A stretch of 64,000 nt of DNA from IMGVR_UViG_3300046092_000062:1-64000, one strand, 5' to 3'; shown: positions 40,052 through 50,371, counted from the first letter of the stretch. The notes: generated from the letters alone by a model not told the origin. A program made the numbers and translations.

Positions 40052-40651
40052 ATGACGATGAAACCATACCAACAATACATTTTTGAACTTAACAAAGTAT
40101 ACGAATACCGTGTTAAGATCGCAGGTACAAACCCAACAGGTGAAGTAATGGAGCGCATTAAAAACGCACTAGACGCTTACCAAGTTGAAACGGTAACTCC
40201 AGCTAAGAGCATGCCAATCCAAGAGCACAGAGATTTCCCGCACATGGGTGCAACTGAGTGCTGGACATTTGAGGTGGCTGTTAAATACCCAACAACTAGC
40301 GCACAATTACGCCAAATTATCAAAGAACGTGCAGGCCTTAACGCCGATTGCGTTTGTGTATACGGCAAGAACGAGTATGACTTCAATGAAGAATTTGAAG
40401 CACACGGAAAAGATCACGAAGGTAGCTTATTAGAGCAACCTGAATTGAAAGCAGATGAAGGCGGCCAAGAACTAGTTGGTAAAAGCCGTTTCGATAGCTT
40501 GTTAAAAGAGCTAAGTGCCCGCACATATGAATTTGCCGAAGACAGCAAAGAAGCTGGCAAAACAACAAACTCAGCTCCTACAAACGATAAGAGTCCAGTA
40601 GGCAGCACACAAGTTAAATTACCAACACCACCTAAAGGATCTGTGAGATGA
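40052..40651 (+). CDS. Hypothetical protein
   Basis: 199 aa ORF, ATGA overlap with next gene. Confidence 0.65.
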   Translation: MTMKPYQQYIFELNKVYEYRVKIAGTNPTGEVMERIKNALDAYQVETVTPAKSMPIQEHRDFPHMGATECWTFEVAVKYPTTSAQLRQIIKERAGLNADCVCVYGKNEYDFNEEFEAHGKDHEGSLLEQPELKADEGGQELVGKSRFDSLLKELSARTYEFAEDSKEAGKTTNSAPTNDKSPVGSTQVKLPTPPKGSVR

Positions 40652-42450
40652 GCAACAGCAACGGAATGTATAACGTTCTAAACGTTTTTAAAAAGTTATT
40701 ACCACTTAACGAGTCTACTGCAAAAGAAGTAGCAAAAGAAGTCTACGACGAAGTAGAAGCTAAAGGCAGCATCTTAGAAGGTGTTAGCAAGGTTGAAGCT
40801 AAACTACGTGAGCAATTTGAAAAGTCTAAGAAGGCTAACAAAGACTACGACAAAGATGGTAAAGTTGAAACTGAAAAAGACGAAGTCATTGGCTCACGTC
40901 GTAAAGCAGCGGGACTAGACGAAGAATACGAACAACTAAAGACCAAGCAAGGCACAATCCACAAGGTTGGCCGCTATGGTAACGAATACGATGTAGGGGA
41001 TGATGGCACTAAAAAAGCCAAGCACGTACCTAAGACAGGTCAAAAGGGCCGTCCTAAGAAAGAAAAGCCAGCTGAGATTAACGCTCCTAAAGGCGACATC
41101 TTTGGTCGTACTACAGGTAAAGCTCCTAAGGGCAAGGGTACCGTAGTTAAAGGTAAAGACACTTACGATACAGTAGACGAAGGAGAAGTAGTGCCGGTCA
41201 AAGGTGGATCAGTTCACAAAGGCACATACGGCTACCAGACTGACGTGAACGATGATGGCACTAAAAAAGCCAAGCACGTACCTAAGACAGGTCAAAAGGG
41301 CCGTCCTAAGAAAGAGCGTGAGCCAGAATTCAAAGCACCAAAGGGTGATATTTTTGGTCGTACTACAGGTAAAGCTCCTAAGGGCAGCACAGGTACAGTA
41401 ATTCGCGGCAAGGCCAACATTGACACAGTAGACGAAAGCTCTGCATTAAAGCAAGCTAAACGTGGCTACAATCAAGCAGCCAAAGATGCAAACACTGATC
41501 AAGTAGGTGCAGGTAAGAAAATTGACACTATGAAGAACAGCTTGCGCCACAAGGATGTAGTTAAGTCTCATAGTATTTCTGAAAGCCGTTTAGTGCTTGA
41601 AAGCGTTAACTTCCGTAAAATGATGGACGAAGCTGACATGAATATGAATGAAATGCTTGAAGCTATTAATCAAGACATCCAGTCGTACAAAATGTCCGGT
41701 GACATGCCAGAGCGTTTACGTGACTTTATGCACTTGCATTCACATGCTAAAAAGCAAATGGAAGAAGCAAGCGTATTGCCGCAAAACATTCCAGCAGTAC
41801 AACGCAAGGCAGCAGGTCAAAACTTCCCAGTAACAATGGATCAAGTTCAAGACACTAGCCGTAACATCAGCGATCCAAAGACGTTAGCACAGAACACAGG
41901 ACGTGGCCCTGCAGAAGAATTAGACGAGCTAGCTAAGTTGGCCGGTCTAACTATGGAAAGCAAGAATGTTAACGAAAACTTTGGCGAAGAAGCAGCAGCA
42001 ATGCAAGACACTCACGGCAAGATTAACGTTAATACCAATGCTAGCAGCGATGGTAGCAAGAACATTAACATTACAGCAGACGGCGAAGCAGCAGAGCAAC
42101 TATTGCAGATGTTGAAAATTGCTGGATTGGGTAACGGCGCAGCAGCAGCTCACGCACAGGACGTTGTGTCTAGTGGTAGCGGAGTTGAAATGTGTGATGA
42201 GCCAATTGAAATTGAAATGGACGAAGCTGAAGAGCAGTATGCTAACACTCCCGAAGAATGTTACCAAGGCCAAGATGTTATCACACATCAAGGCGATGAC
42301 ATGAACCGCGAGAAGAAGCAGTTCAAGCGTGAGTATCCTGGGGACAACCCAATGGCTGTTAACAAAATGGCCACTGAGAACATTGACGTTGTGTCCAATA
42401 TGGGCCGTGATTTAATGGCACAGTATCAGGCAATGAAACTACGTAAATGA
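40648..42450 (+). CDS. Hypothetical (probably internal head) protein with duplicated basic AT-hook-like module
   Basis: Two 84-aa units each with GQKGRPKK; ELAKLAGL motif. Confidence 0.6.
   Translation: MSNSNGMYNVLNVFKKLLPLNESTAKEVAKEVYDEVEAKGSILEGVSKVEAKLREQFEKSKKANKDYDKDGKVETEKDEVIGSRRKAAGLDEEYEQLKTKQGTIHKVGRYGNEYDVGDDGTKKAKHVPKTGQKGRPKKEKPAEINAPKGDIFGRTTGKAPKGKGTVVKGKDTYDTVDEGEVVPVKGGSVHKGTYGYQTDVNDDGTKKAKHVPKTGQKGRPKKEREPEFKAPKGDIFGRTTGKAPKGSTGTVIRGKANIDTVDESSALKQAKRGYNQAAKDANTDQVGAGKKIDTMKNSLRHKDVVKSHSISESRLVLESVNFRKMMDEADMNMNEMLEAINQDIQSYKMSGDMPERLRDFMHLHSHAKKQMEEASVLPQNIPAVQRKAAGQNFPVTMDQVQDTSRNISDPKTLAQNTGRGPAEELDELAKLAGLTMESKNVNENFGEEAAAMQDTHGKINVNTNASSDGSKNINITADGEAAEQLLQMLKIAGLGNGAAAAHAQDVVSSGSGVEMCDEPIEIEMDEAEEQYANTPEECYQGQDVITHQGDDMNREKKQFKREYPGDNPMAVNKMATENIDVVSNMGRDLMAQYQAMKLRK
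40999..41315 (+). repeat. 65-bp identical direct repeat (40999-41063, 41251-41315)
   Basis: GATGATGGCACTAAAAAAGCC...CCTAAGAAAGA twice, period 252 nt. Confidence 0.9.
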
Positions 42451-42839
42451 AAACGTTAAAAGAGTATATCTCGGAAGTTGAGCACATGATCGCCGAAGGC
42501 GGCATGTTGCCAATGACTAAGGACCAGAAAGGTGCAATTAAAAATGCAACTACCTTTCCGGACCAAAACATGAGTACTGGCTCTGCATATAAGGGTTGGC
42601 GTTTTGGTATTGCTTTAGCAGGAGCACCGGAGTTTCCTACTAAAGCCGATAACTGGATTGGCGGCGATCCTTTGCTAGCACCATATACTAAAGAAGAAAT
42701 GGACATCATTAACTATGCTTCGCAGCAAGTTGGTGACGGAAGTAAGCAGACTTGGAGCGGTAGTCGCAGCAAAGAAATGGATAACGTTCAAAAGACTAGT
42801 CCAACAGCTAAACCTAAGAAAAACAAGTACGGCGTTTAA
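42447..42839 (+). CDS. Hypothetical protein
   Basis: 130 aa; MKTLKEYISE N-terminus. Confidence 0.65.
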   Translation: MKTLKEYISEVEHMIAEGGMLPMTKDQKGAIKNATTFPDQNMSTGSAYKGWRFGIALAGAPEFPTKADNWIGGDPLLAPYTKEEMDIINYASQQVGDGSKQTWSGSRSKEMDNVQKTSPTAKPKKNKYGV

Positions 42840-43222
42840 TGAAACAGTACCGAATTACGTCAGCTGATTATGTACCATCTGCAAAAGAGTCATTGATTCC
42901 TGATGCGGTGTTACATGATCCTGCCGCAGTTGGTATGCACGATTTAGCACGTATGCAGGAATTGGCAGGAATCACAGAAACTCGTGATAAAGCTGCACAT
43001 GCTGGCAACCACAATCCCGGTGGAAAAATGAGTCCTGTGGGCAGCAACATTAGCGACACAGCAATGGACAAGAAACGTTTAGAGCACGAACATCACATCA
43101 AGCCTGGTAGCCCAGAATGGTTCCAGTTGTGGTTCTCTAGACCGTACCTAACAGGCGAAAAGCCAGTGGGCAAAACTGCACCCACTGGCAATACGCTTTT
43201 CTCTAAACCTAGTAGTAATTAA
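42839..43222 (+). CDS. Hypothetical protein
   Basis: 127 aa; MQELAGI motif, IKPGSPEWFQLWF. Confidence 0.65.
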   Translation: MKQYRITSADYVPSAKESLIPDAVLHDPAAVGMHDLARMQELAGITETRDKAAHAGNHNPGGKMSPVGSNISDTAMDKKRLEHEHHIKPGSPEWFQLWFSRPYLTGEKPVGKTAPTGNTLFSKPSSN

Positions 43223-43752
43223 CCGTTAGCAACGGCTCGGTCAATACCCAAGTACTGATTCCAGCTCGGGTGTCCAACGTTGAATTGACGGTCTTTCCAA
43301 GTCTTAATCAATGAATGGTAAGTTGGTTTAAACGGCATACGCAGAGGCGTTTGCAGCTTATGTCCTTTCTTACTATTACATGGCTTACATGCAGTTACGG
43401 AGTTTTCCCAAGTAGTTTTACCACCAGCGGCACGTGGAATCACGTGGTCGATAGTTAGCTCTGCGTTGGGGAATGTATCGCCGCAGTATTGGCATTGATA
43501 CAAGTCACGTAGGTACATGTTGTGGCGACTAAACTTAACAGCCTTCTTAAAGTTGAAGTACTCTTTAGTCATCGCTACCGCCGGAATTTTAATCGTCAAG
43601 TGCTCACTACGGATCTCGCGATCTTCGTAGGATTCGAGCACATGGATACGATCCAAAAACATTAGTTTTACGGCGTGCTGCCAGCCGATTACACTCAGCG
43701 GAAGGATGCTGATAGGTTGTAAGTCGGCATTAAGTAATAGCGTGTCTGACAT
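43219..43752 (-). CDS. HNH endonuclease
   Basis: RD.YQCQYCG...TIDHVIPRAAGG...WEN.VTAC..CN..KG. Confidence 0.92.
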   Translation of the reverse strand: MSDTLLLNADLQPISILPLSVIGWQHAVKLMFLDRIHVLESYEDREIRSEHLTIKIPAVAMTKEYFNFKKAVKFSRHNMYLRDLYQCQYCGDTFPNAELTIDHVIPRAAGGKTTWENSVTACKPCNSKKGHKLQTPLRMPFKPTYHSLIKTWKDRQFNVGHPSWNQYLGIDRAVANG

Positions 43753-43799
43753 AATTTCTCTTTTCGAATGTTAAAGACCCAACTGTATTTAACCCTTTT

Positions 43800-43828
43800 A
43801 GTATAGCAGAACAGTCATTTCGTGTCAA
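43800..43828 (-). promoter_or_regulatory. Sigma70-type promoter for the HNH gene
   Basis: Minus strand TTGACA-N17-TATACT. Confidence 0.8.
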
Positions 43829-43868
43829 CCAAAACTTATATAAACGGCGCACTTATCGTAAATACATT

Positions 43869-45437
43869 ATGAGCAAAGCACTTGAAACAACCATCGTAAA
43901 GACGCCATACCAAAAGGCATCTTACACCCAACAGCAAATTGTAGAATTTGCACGTTGCTCGGATCCTGTAACGGGACCTGAGTACTTTATGAGCAACTAC
44001 TTCTTCATCCAGCACCCAACTAAGGGTAAGATGTTGTATCAGCCATTTGAGTACCAAAAGCGACTAATCGAAAATTACCACAATTATCGTTTCTCCATTT
44101 CGTTGATGCCACGTCAAACTGGTAAATCGACTAGTGCAGCAGGATACTTGTTGTGGTATGCTATGTTTGTGCCAGACTCAACTATTCTAATTGCAGCTCA
44201 CAAGTACACAGGCGCACAGGAAATTATGCAGCGTATCCGCTACGCATACGAACTATGTCCGGACTTTATTAGAGCAGGGGCAACCAGTTACAATAAAGGA
44301 TCCATTGACTTTGAAAACGGATCACGCTTAGTATCACAAACCACAACTGAAACAACAGGACGTGGTATGTCCATTTCCTTGCTATACGCTGACGAATTTG
44401 CATTCGTTAGACCGGGTATTGCTAAAGAGTTTTGGACTTCTATTTCGCCTACACTATCTACTGGTGGTAAAGCGATTATTACGTCAACTCCAAACAGTGA
44501 CGAAGACCAATTTGCGTTAATCTGGAAAGGGGCCAACAAGTGTATTGACGAGTTTGGCAATGAAACTGCATTAGGCACAAACGGCTTCCGTGCATATCAA
44601 GCCAATTGGTGGGAGCATCCAGACCGCGATGAAAAGTGGAAAGCAGAAGAAATTGGGCGTATCGGTGAAGAACGTTTCCGTCGTGAACACGGTTGCGAGT
44701 TCTTGATCTATGATGAAACCTTAATTAACGCTACTACTCTAATCGAAATGGCAAGCATTGATCCAATTGAGCGACAAGGACAAGTGCGGTGGTATGCAAA
44801 GCCGCAACGCGATAAGACTTATGTGGTTGCTCTTGATCCAAGTTTAGGCACAGGTGGAGACCCTGCTGCTATCCAAATTTTAGAATTGCCCACACTTAAA
44901 CAAGTAGGGGAATGGCAGCACAACAAAACCCCTGTTCAACGACAAGTTGTTATTCTCAAAGAGATTTGCAATTATCTATATGAAGTAACGGGAACGGAAA
45001 ACTCCATTTACTACAGTGTTGAAAACAATACCTTAGGCGAAGCAGCACTAGTTGCTATTGCAGAAGTAGGCGAAGAAAACATTCGTGGACTATTCCTATC
45101 TGAGCCATACAAGAGTGGGGGTGGCCGTAGATCGCGCAAGGGATTTACTACCACAAGCAAGAGCAAGATTGCAGTGTGTGCTAAGTTTAAGAGTTTGGTA
45201 GAGCAGAAGAAGTTGTTTATTGCATCACGCAATTTAATCGGCGAGCTTAAAACCTTTGTGGCAATGGAAAACAGTTTTAAAGCCAAAATCGGTGAAACAG
45301 ACGACTTGGTAATGGCTATGCTTCTAGCAGTTAGAATGGTACAAGCACTACAGAGCTTTGATGCACAGTTAGATGATCATGTTAAGGACATGGATGAATA
45401 TATACAACCTATGCCCTTCATTATGTCTATGGGCTAA
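43869..45437 (+). CDS. gp17: Terminase large subunit (gp17-like)
   Basis: LMPRQTGKST Walker A, LLYADEFAF Walker B, IITSTPN, DDLVMA. Confidence 0.96.
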   Translation: MSKALETTIVKTPYQKASYTQQQIVEFARCSDPVTGPEYFMSNYFFIQHPTKGKMLYQPFEYQKRLIENYHNYRFSISLMPRQTGKSTSAAGYLLWYAMFVPDSTILIAAHKYTGAQEIMQRIRYAYELCPDFIRAGATSYNKGSIDFENGSRLVSQTTTETTGRGMSISLLYADEFAFVRPGIAKEFWTSISPTLSTGGKAIITSTPNSDEDQFALIWKGANKCIDEFGNETALGTNGFRAYQANWWEHPDRDEKWKAEEIGRIGEERFRREHGCEFLIYDETLINATTLIEMASIDPIERQGQVRWYAKPQRDKTYVVALDPSLGTGGDPAAIQILELPTLKQVGEWQHNKTPVQRQVVILKEICNYLYEVTGTENSIYYSVENNTLGEAALVAIAEVGEENIRGLFLSEPYKSGGGRRSRKGFTTTSKSKIAVCAKFKSLVEQKKLFIASRNLIGELKTFVAMENSFKAKIGETDDLVMAMLLAVRMVQALQSFDAQLDDHVKDMDEYIQPMPFIMSMG

Positions 45438-45460
45438 ATATACAAATAACAGGTTTAACT

Positions 45461-46909
45461 ATGCGCGAATTAGACAAGATTGCAGAGAATTTATTTAACA
45501 AGATCCGTACTCGTTTTGAGAACGTGAACTTAGGCGACGAGAACGCCAAACATACCGAAGACCCAGCACAAGCACGTTTCATTAACTTTGATTACGTTGA
45601 CTCGGCTGGTAAGAACTACGGTAACATCACAATCAGTATCATCGACGAAACAGGCTTGAAGATCTATTTCAGCAAGCACATTACTGATGCACTAGAAGGT
45701 GAAGAACAAGACAATTGGTTCAACTTCCTTAAAGGTATCCGTCGCTTTGCTAAAGCTAACTTATTGAGCTTTGACGTTCGCGACATTACCAAGAGCAACT
45801 TGGACCTACGTGACCTAAAGCAACAAAGTAAATCAGACAGCACATACACTGATGATGAAGTTACAATGAACGAAAGCAAGATGTGGGGCACTAGCCGCAG
45901 CAGCTATCAAGAAATGGGCCCTGCTCGTATTATTGTTCGCCACAGTAACAACGTAGACGAAGAAAAACGCGGAAGCCGTAGCCGTAACATTGAAGCAGTA
46001 TTCATTGAAAACCACGTTGGCGAACGCAGATTGCTAGACTTTAAAAATCTACACGGTGCCCGTGCAATGGCACAACACTGCTCACAAGGTGGATCAGTTG
46101 ATGATGAGTTAGGCGAAAGCATTACTAGCATTGTGAAAGAAATGGGTGCAATGAGCCATTTTGTTCGCGAAGCTAAACGTCGCCAATTTGAAGATACAGA
46201 AACTAGCAGCATGGCTCAAGCAGCAGTGCAGCGTTACGGTGAACTAAAGAATCAACTGAAACATTTGGGTGGACGCAGAGGTTACGACAGCTACAAGCAA
46301 TCGTATCATCCAGCACACGACATTGAAGAAGAAATTGATGTAGACGCATTACGCGAACGCTTTGTTAAAAAGGTTTACGATGATCGTTTCACTGAAGCAT
46401 TGCCGTTTGTATATAAAGCCTACAAGGATCAACAAAAGCGTATGCACACACCAATGGGCGAAGAATTTGAACAGTGGGCAAATGATATCACTGAAGATAC
46501 ATTCGAGTCTGACGACGAAGAGTACGAAGCATTGTCTAGAGTAATGAGTAAGCCAATTAACGCTGGTATGGATGGTCTAGACGCAGCTCAAGCTATTGCC
46601 CACATTTTTGGTGAAGAGAGCTTAGAAGAGAAGCTAACTGACTTGGGTCGTACCGCAGGTCCGGATGCAGACGCTCGCCAAACAATTTTGGATTGGATGA
46701 GAGCAAACGGCATGACCATCGTAGCCAACAAGATCCAAGCAGAAATTGCACCAGAAAACACTGCTCCAACAGATGGTACTGCACCAGCGCAACCTGCGCC
46801 AGCAGCTGGATCGCAACCAATGGCAGCAACCACAACAGACGAAGTACCGACAAATGAGTCACATGACCCACTTGATGTTATGAAACGTCTTGCAAGACTA
46901 GTTCGATAA
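45461..46909 (+). CDS. Hypothetical protein
   Basis: 482 aa ORF; C-terminal MKRLARL motif. Confidence 0.7.
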   Translation: MRELDKIAENLFNKIRTRFENVNLGDENAKHTEDPAQARFINFDYVDSAGKNYGNITISIIDETGLKIYFSKHITDALEGEEQDNWFNFLKGIRRFAKANLLSFDVRDITKSNLDLRDLKQQSKSDSTYTDDEVTMNESKMWGTSRSSYQEMGPARIIVRHSNNVDEEKRGSRSRNIEAVFIENHVGERRLLDFKNLHGARAMAQHCSQGGSVDDELGESITSIVKEMGAMSHFVREAKRRQFEDTETSSMAQAAVQRYGELKNQLKHLGGRRGYDSYKQSYHPAHDIEEEIDVDALRERFVKKVYDDRFTEALPFVYKAYKDQQKRMHTPMGEEFEQWANDITEDTFESDDEEYEALSRVMSKPINAGMDGLDAAQAIAHIFGEESLEEKLTDLGRTAGPDADARQTILDWMRANGMTIVANKIQAEIAPENTAPTDGTAPAQPAPAAGSQPMAATTTDEVPTNESHDPLDVMKRLARLVR

Positions 46910-46929
46910 TAGTTCAAACTTGTTTAGCC

Positions 46930-46954
46930 AAAGGCGCAGAAAATTGCGCCTTTT
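46930..46954 (+). terminator. Intrinsic terminator
   Basis: AAAGGCGCA-GAAAAT-TGCGCCTTT + T. Confidence 0.8.
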
Positions 46955-46957
46955 CTT

Positions 46958-46987
46958 TTGACTTAGCTAAATACATTATCGTATACT
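46958..46987 (+). promoter_or_regulatory. Nested sigma70 (TTGACT-N18-TATACT) and late (TAAATA, 46968) promoters for ssb
   Basis: Both motifs read directly upstream of gp32. Confidence 0.65.
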
Positions 46988-47054
46988 ACACACTGTGCCG
47001 TATACGATTAGGCACATTAAAAGACCATCTTAATTTATATAAAGGAAATACATC

Positions 47055-48065
47055 ATGGCTATGACACTTGCAGAAATTCGCGCTAAACTACAATCACAAG
47101 AGAACCGCACAGGCGGTAATCGTCCCCAAGGCGACAACGCCATTTACGCACACTGGAACATTCCAGAAAACACGACAGCTCGTGTTCGATTCCTCCCAGA
47201 CGCAGACACTAAAAACTCATTCTTTTGGGTTGAACGTGCTATGATCAAATTGCCATTTGCTGGCATTAAAGGTCAAAGCGACAGCAAGCCTGTTGTGGTC
47301 CAAGTACCTTGCGTTGAGATGTGGGGCGATGCTTGCCCAATCTTGGCAGAAGTACGTACATGGTTTAAAGACCCAGCAATGGAAGAAATGGGTCGCAAGT
47401 ACTGGAAAAAGCGCAGCTACTTGTTCCAAGGTTTCGTTCGTGAAAACCCACTGAGCGATGACAAAACTCCAGAGAACCCAATCCGTCGATTCATCATCAG
47501 CCCACAAATCTTTACTTTGGTAAAGAACGCATTGATGGATCCAGAAATGGAAAACTTGCCAACTGACTACGCAGGCGGTCTTGACTTCAACATCAAGAAG
47601 ACTAGCAAGGGTGGTTATGCTGACTACAACAGCAGCACATGGGCACGTAAAGAAAGTTCTTTGAACTCCACAGAAGCTGAGGCCATTGAGACTCACGGCT
47701 TGTACAACTTGGCAGACTTCTTGCCAAAGCGTCCAGACGCTACAGCGTTGCAAGTCATGAAGGAAATGTTTGAAGCATCAGTTGACGGTCAACCGTACGA
47801 TGCAGATCGTTGGGCCAACTACTTCAAGCCAGCTGGCTTGCAAGTTGGTTCTGGTTCTACTGGTGACGAAGTGGCAGCTAAACCTGTCCCACAAGCTCGT
47901 CCAGCAGTTGCAGCACCTGCCGCAGCTCCGGTAGTTAACGAGACCCCAGCATGGGAAGATGATGCAGCAGAAGCCGCAGAAGCTCCAGTTGTTGCTCCAG
48001 CAGCTAAGCCAAGCAGCCAAAAAGCTGAAGACATCCTTGCGATGATTCGCAACCGTAAGCAGTAA
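47055..48065 (+). CDS. gp32: Single-stranded DNA-binding protein (gp32-like)
   Basis: VRFLPDAD, C.EMWG..CP, RKYWKKRSY, D..G.DF.IK.T.KGGYADY..S. Confidence 0.92.
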   Translation: MAMTLAEIRAKLQSQENRTGGNRPQGDNAIYAHWNIPENTTARVRFLPDADTKNSFFWVERAMIKLPFAGIKGQSDSKPVVVQVPCVEMWGDACPILAEVRTWFKDPAMEEMGRKYWKKRSYLFQGFVRENPLSDDKTPENPIRRFIISPQIFTLVKNALMDPEMENLPTDYAGGLDFNIKKTSKGGYADYNSSTWARKESSLNSTEAEAIETHGLYNLADFLPKRPDATALQVMKEMFEASVDGQPYDADRWANYFKPAGLQVGSGSTGDEVAAKPVPQARPAVAAPAAAPVVNETPAWEDDAAEAAEAPVVAPAAKPSSQKAEDILAMIRNRKQ

Positions 48066-48127
48066 TCTGCACAAGGGAGAGACTAGACATTGCTCTAGCT
48101 CTCCTTTATTTTTCAAGGAACAATAAT

Positions 48128-49207
48128 ATGGCAAAACCATTTGACGTAAGTAAATTTCGTAAGACTCTTACGAAAAGCATTGAAGGCCTGAGCGTAGGCT
48201 TTAACGACCCAACAGACTGGGTTAGCACAAACAATTTCGCACTTAACTACTTGATCAGCGGAGACTTTACAAAAGGTGTTCCAATGGGCAAGGTTACAGT
48301 GTTTGCTGGTGAATCCGGCGCAGGCAAGAGTTTCATCTGCTCGGGCAACTTAGTTGCCAACGCACAAAAGCAAGGCATTTTCCCTATCTTAATTGACACT
48401 GAAAACGCTCTTGATGAAAAGTGGCTACACGCATTGAACGTGGACACAAGCGAAGACAAGTTGCTGAAACTTAACATGGCTATGATCGACGACGTTGCTA
48501 AAATGATTAGCGAGTTTGTTAAAGAATACAAAGCCATGCCAGAAGACCAACGCCCTAAGGTCTTGTTTATTCTCGACTCGTTAGGTATGTTGTTGACTCC
48601 AACTGACGTTAACCAGTTTAATGCAGGTGACATGAAGGGTGACATGGGTCGTAAGCCTAAAGCACTTACTGCACTTGTTCGTAACTGTGTAAACATGTTT
48701 GGCGATTTGAACTTGGGCTTGGTTGCAACTAACCACACATACGCATCGCAAGATATGTTTGACCCAGACGACAAAATCTCCGGTGGTCAAGGCTTTATCT
48801 ACGCTAGCTCTATTGTAGTTGCTATGCGCAAGTTGAAGTTGAAGGAAGACGAAGACGGTAACAAGGTATCCGAAGTTAAGGGTATCCGTGCTGCATGTAA
48901 GATCATGAAGACACGTTACGCAAAGCCGTTTGAGTCAGTTCAAGTTAAGATCCCATACGAAACAGGTATGAACCCATACTCTGGTATGACTGACTTAATT
49001 GAAGCCAAAGGCATGTTGAAGAAAGAAGGCAACAGCCTTGTTTACACAACAGTCGATGGCGAGATTATCAAGAAGTTCCGCAAGGCATGGGAACGCAACG
49101 ATGACGGTTGCTTGGATACAGTAATGGCAGACATTACAAACAATCCACACATCTTTGACAAGAGTGTTGCAGAAGACGCTCCTGATATTGAAGAAGCAGC
49201 AGAGTAA
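48128..49207 (+). CDS. uvsX: RecA-like recombinase (UvsX)
   Basis: GESGAGKS P-loop, IDTENAL, DSLGML, NHTY, SGGQG..YASS. Confidence 0.95.
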   Translation: MAKPFDVSKFRKTLTKSIEGLSVGFNDPTDWVSTNNFALNYLISGDFTKGVPMGKVTVFAGESGAGKSFICSGNLVANAQKQGIFPILIDTENALDEKWLHALNVDTSEDKLLKLNMAMIDDVAKMISEFVKEYKAMPEDQRPKVLFILDSLGMLLTPTDVNQFNAGDMKGDMGRKPKALTALVRNCVNMFGDLNLGLVATNHTYASQDMFDPDDKISGGQGFIYASSIVVAMRKLKLKEDEDGNKVSEVKGIRAACKIMKTRYAKPFESVQVKIPYETGMNPYSGMTDLIEAKGMLKKEGNSLVYTTVDGEIIKKFRKAWERNDDGCLDTVMADITNNPHIFDKSVAEDAPDIEEAAE

Positions 49208-50145
49208 TGCTACTAAAGGACATCAAGAGCTTACATGTTGAACTAAGCTCAAAATGTAATGCTTGGTGTCCTAGTTGTGCTCGAAATAAAAATGGATTTG
49301 GCCTCAAAGACGGCCTGGTACCGCAGAATCTAGTAGTTGACAAGCTACGCACTGCAATCGACGCATTGCCTGGTTTGACCAAAGTACAGTTCTGCGGTCG
49401 CTACGGAGATCCGGCTATTCACCCAGACTTGAGTGAAATCCTTGACTGGACTATTCCGCGAGTGAAACAGATTACGATCCACACAAATGGAAGTGTGCGA
49501 AATGCAGACTGGTGGGCGGAAATCGGCTGCAAGTTAAGCAATACAGATCATAGAGTCTGGTTTGGGATCGATGGCCTAGCAGGAGTCCACGAGATATATA
49601 GACAGGGCACGGACTTTGACAAAGTGATTGAAAACGCAACAGCATTTATCAACGCAGGCGGCAAAGCAGTTTGGCAATTTATTCCATTTAAGCACAACGA
49701 GCACCAACTTAATGCTTGCATTAAGCTAGCGAATCAGTTAAAATTCGCAGACTTTGAATTAGTTGAGGGAGTGCGTAACGTTGAGACAGCACGAAACTAT
49801 CGTACAGGCGAAGAGTTTATTCTTGAGCCTTGGACAAAAGATCAAACCTTTAACTTCAGAGTGAACCATGAGCGAAAGTTAAGTACAAAGAATTGTGCCC
49901 ACCTTGAAGCTCCTGGGCTATATATAACAGCTAGCGGAAAGTACACTTTGTGCTGCCACTTTGACCCGTTTGATGATAGGTTTGATCCAATTGGATTTGA
50001 CACCATTGAAGAAACAGAACAATTGGATATCGCTAGTGAAATAAATACCCAGCCTAGACCGTTATGTGTTTTTGCATGTGCCGGGCTAAAGATGGATCGT
50101 AAACTAATACCGTTAACAAAATTAAGGAAATCAAATGAGCATTGA
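49207..50145 (+). CDS. Radical SAM protein with SPASM/twitch-like C-terminus
   Basis: CNAWCPSC (CxxxCxxC), GDP, TNGS, later Cys cluster. Confidence 0.9.
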   Translation: MLLKDIKSLHVELSSKCNAWCPSCARNKNGFGLKDGLVPQNLVVDKLRTAIDALPGLTKVQFCGRYGDPAIHPDLSEILDWTIPRVKQITIHTNGSVRNADWWAEIGCKLSNTDHRVWFGIDGLAGVHEIYRQGTDFDKVIENATAFINAGGKAVWQFIPFKHNEHQLNACIKLANQLKFADFELVEGVRNVETARNYRTGEEFILEPWTKDQTFNFRVNHERKLSTKNCAHLEAPGLYITASGKYTLCCHFDPFDDRFDPIGFDTIEETEQLDIASEINTQPRPLCVFACAGLKMDRKLIPLTKLRKSNEH

Positions 50146-50371
50146 AGCAGATGTACTAAGTGAAGTGTACACGATTCTAAAACAATACATTCCCGTTAAA
50201 GACCGACAGGAAGCAGCAGACAACCTCATGGGCCTGTTAGTTGACGCATTAAATGATCTTGAATTAAAAGAGTTTAGCGGGACCGATGCTGCACTTGGCC
50301 GTGCATACAAGGAGTATGCAGCAGGGTACGAAGACGACGAAGACGACATTGATTCTGGTTACGAAGATTAA
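50135..50371 (+). CDS. Hypothetical acidic protein
   Basis: 78 aa, D/E-rich C-terminus. Confidence 0.6.
   Translation: MSIEADVLSEVYTILKQYIPVKDRQEAADNLMGLLVDALNDLELKEFSGTDAALGRAYKEYAAGYEDDEDDIDSGYED

Noticed and set aside
43869-49207. Inteins or introns in terminase or UvsX
   Set aside because: Lengths (522 and 359 aa) and motif spacing are normal; no insertion seen.
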